From Fidelibacterota bacterium (GTDB taxonomy: Bacteria; Fidelibacterota; UBA8477; JABMPR01), in contig JABIFX010000253.1 in assembly GCA_018650445.1 (NCBI GenBank), positions 65,136-129,135 of the forward strand: a stretch of 64,000 nt of DNA, given 5' to 3'. Numbering within the stretch: the stretch's first letter is position 1; each line of letters starts with the position of its first letter. Positions 28,969-36,647 of the stretch are shown piece after piece. Made by a program: the position numbers and the translations under genes. The notes beneath the pieces were generated by a model. It was not told where the DNA came from and searched no databases. It was given only the letters and a program-made list of their open reading frames with translations.

Positions 28969-30579
28969 CTAACTCAGTGGAATCATTTGTGGAACTCTAA
29001 TCCGGACAAACTCGGTAAGGTAAATGCCCAGCGCTGCAAGACCGGCGGCAACAAGAAGCATGAGGTGGCTATCCAGGGTATATAGCATCAGAAGCGGTAC
29101 CAGATTCCCCAAAATGATACCGAGGTAAAAATAGCGGGAATAGTATCCTGATATCATCAGAGTGTGGGCGCGTTTTGTATCGGAGGTCGCATGGGGAGTC
29201 ATAAACTCAAAAGCAATTAAAGCCAGGTTCAACACAACGGCACCTTTAAGAATGGTACTGATAAATGCTATGCCAGATGTATCCAGAACCATCCACGCTG
29301 CAGAGCCTGCTATGATAGCATGAACTAACATGTGTATGGGAGCAAGGTGACTTCCCCAGAGATCTCGACCCTTAGCCTGAGCCAATAAAAAGGCAGTGTA
29401 AATAGCACCTAATACTGCGACTGGCACTGTGATATTGATTAATACCTGTCTGAACCCCAGTTGGAAGTAATTATCTGCCAGGAGGGCTGATATTACACCA
29501 CCGAGGATGGTGATGATATAACCACCGCGGACCAGCCATGATGACCAATTTGGTCGTAGCAATACATATAGGAAACGATCTGGCCGATCCAGGTCTTTTA
29601 CCAGGAGTCCACCCGTCAAACCCATAAAAACAAGGGCGGTTATGAAGGCATTAAATTCTGCCGCCACATTAACACCGACTCCAAACCAGGATAAAAGTGC
29701 CAGAACCAGCATCAAACCAGTTGCTACTGATTTGGTCCAGATATAGGCAGGCACTTCCCAACCCCAGAGTACACCCTTGGAGGGAGAATCATATACGCGT
29801 CTGGTAGTATCTTCCTTTTGGGTTTTCAATTCTTCAAGAACATTGTCAATCGCCCGTTGATCAGGTTGGGTTCCACCTTTTGCGTGGGTCTCCAGGGCCA
29901 TTTGGACCAACAGTTTGGCCTGGTCTGTTTCCTGCGTCGCATCGGCAGCTGCAGGTGCGTGATGCCCCACCCCAGCGGCTTGCTCACTCCACAGATAATC
30001 ATCCCGACGATCCGCCTGGGTGGGGATCAACATATCAGAATCACCTTCGATATAGTATAGATTGGGAGTGGTTCCTTTTTCAGGTTTTCTGGTGACCACA
30101 TGCTCCATAGCCACAAAGGAAGCAATTTTTGAATGGGCATCATCCAGATCACCTGAAATGATAGCCTCAGTGGGACAAATCACCACACAGGCAGGTTCGT
30201 AACCGGTGTCAATCCGGTGTGCACAATAATTACATTTGGCTGCTGTGTTGGTGTCAGGATCAATATAGAGCGCATCATATGGACAAGCCTGCATACACGA
30301 TTTACAGCCAATACAACGATCATTATCAAAATCGACAATACCATCCATGCGGGTATGCAAGGCTGAGGTAGGACAAATTGTAGTACAAGGTGCATCTTCA
30401 CAATGATTGCAACGGTGTACGGAAAAGGAGCGGCTTGCATCGGGGAAGACACCCTTTTCAATGTACTTTACATGGGTCCGGTTGACACCGATAGCCACAT
30501 CGTGTTCAGACTTACATGCAACGGTACAAGCGTGACAGCCGATACATTTTCGATTATCTATGACAAATCCGTAATTCAT
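28969..30579 (-). CDS. fusion of 4x[4Fe-4S] ferredoxin subunit (DmsB/PsrB/SoeB-type) and 8-TM NrfD/PsrC/SoeC-type quinone-interacting membrane subunit
   Basis: 536 aa as one uninterrupted ORF. Cys clusters are 'CIGCHACTVAC', 'CNHCEDAPCTTIC', 'CIGCKSCMQAC' and 'CNYCAHRIDTGYEPACVVIC'. A polar linker ('HAPAAADATQETDQAKLL...') is followed by 8 hydrophobic helices. No signal peptide. Confidence 0.8.
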   Translation of the reverse strand: MNYGFVIDNRKCIGCHACTVACKSEHDVAIGVNRTHVKYIEKGVFPDASRSFSVHRCNHCEDAPCTTICPTSALHTRMDGIVDFDNDRCIGCKSCMQACPYDALYIDPDTNTAAKCNYCAHRIDTGYEPACVVICPTEAIISGDLDDAHSKIASFVAMEHVVTRKPEKGTTPNLYYIEGDSDMLIPTQADRRDDYLWSEQAAGVGHHAPAAADATQETDQAKLLVQMALETHAKGGTQPDQRAIDNVLEELKTQKEDTTRRVYDSPSKGVLWGWEVPAYIWTKSVATGLMLVLALLSWFGVGVNVAAEFNAFITALVFMGLTGGLLVKDLDRPDRFLYVLLRPNWSSWLVRGGYIITILGGVISALLADNYFQLGFRQVLINITVPVAVLGAIYTAFLLAQAKGRDLWGSHLAPIHMLVHAIIAGSAAWMVLDTSGIAFISTILKGAVVLNLALIAFEFMTPHATSDTKRAHTLMISGYYSRYFYLGIILGNLVPLLMLYTLDSHLMLLVAAGLAALGIYLTEFVRIRVPQMIPLS

Positions 30580-30610
30580 AGTGACCTTTGACTGAGGTTA
30601 ATCATGTTAA

Positions 30611-31723
30611 TTATACAAGAATCATTTCTTCATTGATCAGAGTGAAAGCAGAAACACCGACACGATTGTGGATTTCTGTTAAATGCAAAACCCCATTTTC
30701 ATAATCCACGAGACGATTAATCAGGTAAAATAGATACATACTCGTGAGCCAGTTAGTGAACTCCTGTTTTGAGCCGAGATGCTTCTTCATATTGACCATA
30801 ACCCAGGAAAAGTGCTGCCAGACATCCAGACAAGAATCACATGAACGATCAATCCCCGTACAACACCGACGGGTTGTTTTCAAGTCCGCATTATAGGCAC
30901 GAAAGTGGGGGCTATATGGGTTTCCATTGGTTAGTCGAGCTGCATTGACAGGATTGTTTTCACTGATGGTGGTACAGACATTATAGCCCCATTCCTGATC
31001 ATACAAGCGTCCTGTGGAAATGACCTCGCTGAGGTAGGTGGAGAGATAGATTGAGTCGGGGTATTTGATGATAACTTTACTGATTTCAGCCCTGACTTCT
31101 TTAAAGCCTTTTCGGTGGTCTACGGATCCACCCAGATTGGTCAAATCACTATAAAAATTAAACAAAACTCGATTTCCATTCGCCACACATTGAGCCACAA
31201 CATCACTAATTTCATGGGCATTACCCGGCGTAACTGTGTAATACCAGAAGGCTCGAGAATCATTCGCATAGTTTTTTAAAGCGATCGCAAAAATGTCTCT
31301 TTTCCCAGCCGTCCTCATCTCTGCATCCGTGCCATGGTTCCCCCAAACCGAAACACCTATGGGCATTCGCTCAAGACCTTCCACAGGTATCGGAATAATA
31401 CCATTTGTAGAGACATTCATTTTGAAGTTATCGTAAATCTTTTTCAGTCGAGATAAGCTTAAACTTGGCTCACCACCCACAATGGTCACAAAATTAGTTC
31501 CCCTAACCAATTCCTGCTCAATAAAAGCATCAAATTCGGCTTCATTTGTGGGGGACTGGGTAACATCCATTCCTTCAGAAAAATAATAGCAGCCGTTGCA
31601 GCGGAGATTGCATTCGTGGGTCAAATCAATTGAAATTGATTTCATGGACCCTGCATCTCGTATCTCTTGATACAGGTGCTTCAAGAAGGGATCGGCGAGG
31701 TATGTTTTTAGCGCTTTGGACAT
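30611..31723 (-). CDS. radical SAM protein of unknown specificity with C-terminal Cys-rich region
   Basis: 370 aa with 'THECNLRCNGCYY' (CxxxCxxC), 'VTIVGGEPSLS', and a C-terminal 'TTRRCCTGIDRSCDSCLD'. Confidence 0.7.
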   Translation of the reverse strand: MSKALKTYLADPFLKHLYQEIRDAGSMKSISIDLTHECNLRCNGCYYFSEGMDVTQSPTNEAEFDAFIEQELVRGTNFVTIVGGEPSLSLSRLKKIYDNFKMNVSTNGIIPIPVEGLERMPIGVSVWGNHGTDAEMRTAGKRDIFAIALKNYANDSRAFWYYTVTPGNAHEISDVVAQCVANGNRVLFNFYSDLTNLGGSVDHRKGFKEVRAEISKVIIKYPDSIYLSTYLSEVISTGRLYDQEWGYNVCTTISENNPVNAARLTNGNPYSPHFRAYNADLKTTRRCCTGIDRSCDSCLDVWQHFSWVMVNMKKHLGSKQEFTNWLTSMYLFYLINRLVDYENGVLHLTEIHNRVGVSAFTLINEEMILV

Positions 31724-31788
31724 AACTAACTCTTACTTCATCATTATCCGTAGACTGAAAGCTCCATTGCTCTTGTCATGTGGGTTCA

Positions 31789-32835
31789 TCAAACCATCCC
31801 GATCAGTTTGAGTTTCCAGTCTTCAAAGCTCTCACCGACCAGATTGGCTTCGTACTTCTGATGGGGTTTCTCGAGTTTTACTGAATGAATTTTGCCAGAT
31901 TCAACCCTGAAGCTGCCTGCTATCTGTTCTCCCTTAATTTCCATTTCATCATAATGGATAAACACATCCCGGGAAATCTTTAATGGTTTACGTGGACCCG
32001 TGTCCTCAATATGATTCAAAAATGAATCTGATCTTAACATGGCTCCGATTTGTCCTGCACGCTCAATTTCAGCCATGGACAAACCACTGGGATTCAAATT
32101 TCGCTGAAAATGCTTTTCAAATTCCTGAATAAGTTGATCAGCAACTTTATCCATGGATATATCGCAACCTAAATTGTCGAGGGTGATCATGTGATCCTGC
32201 ATGGCTTGTTTGCCTAACTCACGGTATGCTTCGTTCGGTGCTGACCACATAGCTGCAGCGGAATCAAAATCGAAATCAAAGAGGATATTTCCGACAACGA
32301 TGCTGGCCTCCCCAATCTGGCCACCGCCAATACCAGCAATTCGTTTTCCATTTATCTCTATCTCATGACTCCCGACCAGTTTTGCCTCAATATCTGGATA
32401 GTGTGAGAGGGTGTTGACTACAGGGGTCAACATTTGCTCATAAACTTTGGTAGAATTGGCAGCCACACGATTCGAATGGAAAATGCATTGATAAAACAGT
32501 TGATCTTTATTAAGAAAAGTTCCCCCGCCTCCAATTTTCCTGCGAATAATAGGAATCTCCAATTTGTCACTAGCTTCGCTGTCAAAGACATGCTCCAGTT
32601 TTTGGTGGTATCCCAAACAAACATACGGGTCAGCCGGCTGAGAAATGATAATGGTATCAGGTGTCTCTGCCGTCATTAGCTCTGCAACCGTATGGTAGGC
32701 TGCCTGGGTCTGCCAACCAGGGATCTGACCCAAATAGAGCAATCGGATTGAGCTTGATTCAGATTCAATATCCTCAGCGTGTTTGAGGGGTTGGTTTATC
32801 GGAATATTGAATCGTGTGACAACAGCTTGAGTCAT
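31789..32835 (-). CDS. lipoate-protein ligase-like protein (BPL_LplA_LipB family), copy 2
   Basis: 348 aa. 'RRKIGGGGTFLNKDQLFY' and 'INGKRIAGIGGGQ' correspond to the RRxxGGGxV and GxKxxG (catalytic Lys) motifs of LplA-type enzymes. Confidence 0.7.
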   Translation of the reverse strand: MTQAVVTRFNIPINQPLKHAEDIESESSSIRLLYLGQIPGWQTQAAYHTVAELMTAETPDTIIISQPADPYVCLGYHQKLEHVFDSEASDKLEIPIIRRKIGGGGTFLNKDQLFYQCIFHSNRVAANSTKVYEQMLTPVVNTLSHYPDIEAKLVGSHEIEINGKRIAGIGGGQIGEASIVVGNILFDFDFDSAAAMWSAPNEAYRELGKQAMQDHMITLDNLGCDISMDKVADQLIQEFEKHFQRNLNPSGLSMAEIERAGQIGAMLRSDSFLNHIEDTGPRKPLKISRDVFIHYDEMEIKGEQIAGSFRVESGKIHSVKLEKPHQKYEANLVGESFEDWKLKLIGMV

Positions 32836-32857
32836 GGTTTTTTCTTTTACCCTCTTA

Positions 32858-33952
32858 TCATTTCGTTGCGCTGGAGAGCTGCATCTGATCTTGAATTACA
32901 TTCAGCTCCATCCCGGTTGGTTTGAAGGGATAGTCACGATATTCTTCCCCTGGCCGATAGGAACCATAAGGACGGTTACAAGCCATTGCCCCATCCCGAT
33001 CAGGACAACCATTGGTCATAAATGGCAATCCCGTATCAATAGATTCCTGCACCATGGCATCTTCTGATTCAATGGCTGAAATATGATCCTGCTCATCAAA
33101 TAGAATGGCCTCGCGTTCCAGGTCTTTTTCCTCTATGAGGTATTTGGCCAGTTGAATTCTGCGGTGCCTTTGGATGGGTTGACGCTCCTGGTGCTGGAGG
33201 GCAGTTCCTTCTTCTGGATTGAATGAGAAGAGATATCCAGCTATTTCCTCACCCTTCAGCTTATAGAACATATCAATCAGATCTCGATCTGTTTCTCCTA
33301 AGCCAACAATCAGGTGGCAATTGACATTCATGGGTCCATAAATCTCCCGGGCCGCTCTCACCATTTCCCAGTGATAATCCCAGTCGTGGGGTCCCCGGGC
33401 TTCTTTGCCGCGGGTTTTAATAAACAATTCTTCAGTAACTGCATCCAGACCATACCCAATGATGTCGATGCCCTCTGCCTTGAGCTGTTTTAAAAAGGGC
33501 ACATCCATGGTGGTGGCATTTACCAATCCGGATAAGGGAACTCCAGGTGCTGCGCTGTGAATCCGCCGGGTAATCTCCAGCATATCATCATTGGCACGAT
33601 GGTCCTGTACTTGTGAAATACAGACACGTCCAACCGTGCTTTCAGCTTCCTTCTCAGCAATTTTTTCAGCGATTAATTCCGTGGAGAAAAGAGGCCAATC
33701 CACCCGAATAAAGCTATTCTCTTCAGCCAGTCCAGGACGCTCTCTCGCCAATCCACAGTAACTACAGTTGGCAAAGCAGCCCTCAGGATAATTTTGAAGT
33801 AGGTTGATGCAACCACAGCCACAGCCATGGATGCGACCCGGCTTTAACCCCAGTTCAATAGCTGCTGCCATACTTATGCGGACATAATCAGGACTGATAT
33901 TCAACAGTTCGGCCTGTTCTTGTGATGATAATTTTAATGCTTCAGCGTTCAT
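32858..33952 (-). CDS. radical SAM protein, candidate LipS-type lipoyl synthase component
   Basis: 364 aa with 'CFANCSYCGLA' (CxxxCxxC) preceded by an extra 'HGCGCGCINL' Cys cluster. It sits between two ligase-like genes. Confidence 0.65.
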   Translation of the reverse strand: MNAEALKLSSQEQAELLNISPDYVRISMAAAIELGLKPGRIHGCGCGCINLLQNYPEGCFANCSYCGLARERPGLAEENSFIRVDWPLFSTELIAEKIAEKEAESTVGRVCISQVQDHRANDDMLEITRRIHSAAPGVPLSGLVNATTMDVPFLKQLKAEGIDIIGYGLDAVTEELFIKTRGKEARGPHDWDYHWEMVRAAREIYGPMNVNCHLIVGLGETDRDLIDMFYKLKGEEIAGYLFSFNPEEGTALQHQERQPIQRHRRIQLAKYLIEEKDLEREAILFDEQDHISAIESEDAMVQESIDTGLPFMTNGCPDRDGAMACNRPYGSYRPGEEYRDYPFKPTGMELNVIQDQMQLSSATK

Positions 33953-34106
33953 AAATATTCTCGACTAATAATTGCTTAAATCTGTATTTTGATCGTTGCG
34001 GTACATGTTGTATTCACGACTCCCACTTTATTAAATATCCTGGTCCCTTCGATACGATTGCATTGCAATCACTCAGGGTCCGGATAATTCCTAACGCCCA
34101 AACTCT

Positions 34107-35096
34107 TCACCACGTCACTCCGCAACACGCGTTAATAAATTTGGACTCCAGACCTTTCTCCTTGGCATAGCTGATTATTCCTTCTGAGGGAAAGGCTATC
34201 CCATTTAAACCGGCGTTAATGGCAAGCTGGTCAATGTCTATTTTTAAGGCTCCTAATGGACGGGCACATCCCAGTAAAATTGGAGACTGAGGAAGAGCCC
34301 GGCGGGCTGTTTCAAAAAAGTCCCCGATTTCATTGATTGATGGAGGCTTAACACCCTCCATTCCTGTTCCGGTTAAGGGGAGTAGAATCACCAGAACCAA
34401 TATTTTTGGTGAGTATTTTTTAATCATCTCCAGAGCAGCCCATTCACCATTCATTTTGCCAAAATAGTGACCTATGACAATATGAGGAATGGCTGGAATC
34501 CCATAACGATCCAGACGTTCTAGAACTTTATCATAATCTGCTGGTGTTGCATTGAGATGATAGACTTCTGAGATGGTTTCCTGGTCCCCAATTATATCCA
34601 GCATAACTCCATCGATATCCACTTCACTCAAAGCTTGACAGGTTGCTTCATCAGGCAAGCCTGGATGCACTCGAATAAGCAGATCAAGTTCACTTCTGAT
34701 GCGTTTCATATCAGCAATATGAGGTAGCAAAGGAACCTGGTTCATAGCATTACTGCCACCAGATATGAGCAAACCTTTGGCACCCTTCTCTTTTAAACTG
34801 ACAGCCATATCAAAAAGAGAACCATCAAAACTGGGTAAATCCAGCATCTTGTCCAGCATTTTGGTGTTACAATGCTCACAATTCAGAGCACAATTACTGC
34901 CAGTCACGCTGATTGATACAAACTCCCTTAACGATCCTGAAAACTCTGAGGTTTTATGTGGTTTTAAACCTGGACCATAAAAAGTTATTTCATTGGGGAA
35001 ATGTTCCTGACGGATATCAAAACATTCAGGGTTGACTAAATTTTTTGAAGTATCTATCACGGGTTGGGGTGGGCTGATAATGGTGAGCTCAGACAT
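34107..35096 (-). CDS. radical SAM protein, candidate LipS-type lipoyl synthase component
   Basis: The track ORF starts at GTG 35102. ATG 35096 ('MSELTIISPP') overlaps the upstream stop by 8 nt. 'SNCALNCEHCN' is the CxxxCxxC motif. Confidence 0.65.
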   Translation of the reverse strand: MSELTIISPPQPVIDTSKNLVNPECFDIRQEHFPNEITFYGPGLKPHKTSEFSGSLREFVSISVTGSNCALNCEHCNTKMLDKMLDLPSFDGSLFDMAVSLKEKGAKGLLISGGSNAMNQVPLLPHIADMKRIRSELDLLIRVHPGLPDEATCQALSEVDIDGVMLDIIGDQETISEVYHLNATPADYDKVLERLDRYGIPAIPHIVIGHYFGKMNGEWAALEMIKKYSPKILVLVILLPLTGTGMEGVKPPSINEIGDFFETARRALPQSPILLGCARPLGALKIDIDQLAINAGLNGIAFPSEGIISYAKEKGLESKFINACCGVTW

Positions 35097-36216
35097 GCAC
35101 ACTTCCCGGGCTTACAAAACATCCATATGGATCAACAGCTACTTTCTTCGCTGATACTTCAGCTCGCTTCAGTGCCATCTCCAGGGCTCGAATTAAGGCT
35201 TCCTGGGGCAGGGTCGCTAAATCATCTGACCAGCGTTTATAAACTTTGTTAATTGTTCCCAGGATAAGTTTGCTCTGGCTGGAGTGCCAGCGTAGTGATT
35301 GCTCAAGATCAGCAATGGCATTCTCAGAAGTAAAGAAGTCGCCTCCGATGAAGGTTGATTTGATCATCTTCCCAGCCAGGACCATCCTGACATCCAATAA
35401 TCCGCCAGCCGTCTTGACCTTGGCCTTACCAGTTGAATCTGGTACATCTGTTGTCTGATAGATCCAGTTTTTATCTAAATATTTTGAATTTTCAAGGTTT
35501 TGGGCTTCAACCAGCTCAGCATCAGAATAGTTTCCCTTTTGAATATCCACCTGAAAAGCTTCCTGATATCCTTCAAGAATTTTTTCCCGAACCTCATCGA
35601 CTGAAAGATTTTCCCCAACTTCTCTTCTCACGGTTGTGGTTCTTTCAGCAACCGTGGAAATTTCCTTGTCTGACAATTTCTCAAAAGGTGTATTAAGTAC
35701 ATTCAACATAAGGGGCACATCCAGATCAACCAACAGGGAAGCATGAAATAGCAAGCCACCAGAAGGGGTTCGGTGCAGTCCCAAACCGGCTATTTTTTTA
35801 CCGGCAATTTCCAGGTCATTTTTACGTCGAAATTCAATAGAACATCCCAGCGAAGATAAACCAGCTACTATTCCCCGGGAAAAGCGGGCCATTTGTTCAC
35901 GCACGCCAGCATATGAATCGTCGGATTTACCAGGAATAGCCAGGGCTACTCCGAGCTGTTCTGATCCCATAATGATAGCTCCACCACCAGTGGGACGTCG
36001 ATTTACTGAGATGCCGTGCTCTAAGCAATAATCCAGGTTAAGTTCACTTTCAATATTTTGGAAGCGACCTACCAGGGCACAGTGTGATTTATAAGTATAA
36101 AGCCTTAAAGTCTGGGGAGATTGCCCGGTACCTACCCGGCTAGCCAACATTTCATCAATAGCCAGTCCTGAAGTTGCTGAGACTTGATTGTCTTCGATAT
36201 AGCGTGAGATGTTCAA
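35089..36216 (-). CDS. lipoate-protein ligase-like protein (BPL_LplA_LipB family), copy 1
   Basis: 375 aa. The TTG start overlaps the LbpA stop (TTGA). Motifs are 'NRRPTGGGAIIMGSEQL' and 'IAGKKIAGLGLH'. Confidence 0.7.
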   Translation of the reverse strand: MNISRYIEDNQVSATSGLAIDEMLASRVGTGQSPQTLRLYTYKSHCALVGRFQNIESELNLDYCLEHGISVNRRPTGGGAIIMGSEQLGVALAIPGKSDDSYAGVREQMARFSRGIVAGLSSLGCSIEFRRKNDLEIAGKKIAGLGLHRTPSGGLLFHASLLVDLDVPLMLNVLNTPFEKLSDKEISTVAERTTTVRREVGENLSVDEVREKILEGYQEAFQVDIQKGNYSDAELVEAQNLENSKYLDKNWIYQTTDVPDSTGKAKVKTAGGLLDVRMVLAGKMIKSTFIGGDFFTSENAIADLEQSLRWHSSQSKLILGTINKVYKRWSDDLATLPQEALIRALEMALKRAEVSAKKVAVDPYGCFVSPGSVHV

Positions 36217-36647
36217 TCAAGCATACCCTGTGTCTCAAAGCGTTCAATTTCCTCATTCCACCAAGCTGTCACTTGGTCACCAGAGATCATGGTGTTGGCT
36301 TCTACAGCCCATTGTGTCGGTTCAATTCTTACTAACCAACCCTCATCATAGGGTTTTTCATTTACCAGCAATGGATTTCTCAATGCGGCTTCGTTTCTCT
36401 CCATAACGATGCCTGAGAGGGGGGCAATAAGTTCGCTGGTCATCTTGGCGGCTTCGATAGACCCCATGGCTTTACCTAATTCAACAGGTGAACCTACAGT
36501 TGGCAACATCAAATAGGCCAATTCTCCCATGGAATCCAAACCCAGTTCATCCATACCAACCAGGAGTTGACCTGAATCATCCTCCTTTATCCAAAGGTGA
36601 TTTGAGTTATAGTAAAACCCCGGCTTAAACTTGAATTGCTGCTTCAT
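36213..36647 (-). CDS. lbpA: GcvH-like lipoate-binding protein (LbpA-type), copy 1
   Basis: The track ORF is 173 aa. I prefer ATG 36647 ('MKQQFKFKPGFYYNSNHLWIKEDD'), because the longer form overlaps the upstream gene by 110 nt. The lipoyl-lysine context is 'GSIEAAKMTSELIAPLSGIV', followed by 'PYDEGWLVRI'. Confidence 0.8.
   Translation of the reverse strand: MKQQFKFKPGFYYNSNHLWIKEDDSGQLLVGMDELGLDSMGELAYLMLPTVGSPVELGKAMGSIEAAKMTSELIAPLSGIVMERNEAALRNPLLVNEKPYDEGWLVRIEPTQWAVEANTMISGDQVTAWWNEEIERFETQGMLD

Noticed and set aside
26100-30579. Calling the Mo enzyme a periplasmic polysulfide/thiosulfate reductase (PsrABC/PhsABC)
   Set aside because: This is not fully excluded but is disfavoured. The catalytic subunit lacks an RR motif and h-region, the FeS subunit is fused N-terminally to the membrane subunit without a signal peptide, and the neighbours are cytoplasmic sulfur-oxidation genes. 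Phylogeny is needed to settle it.
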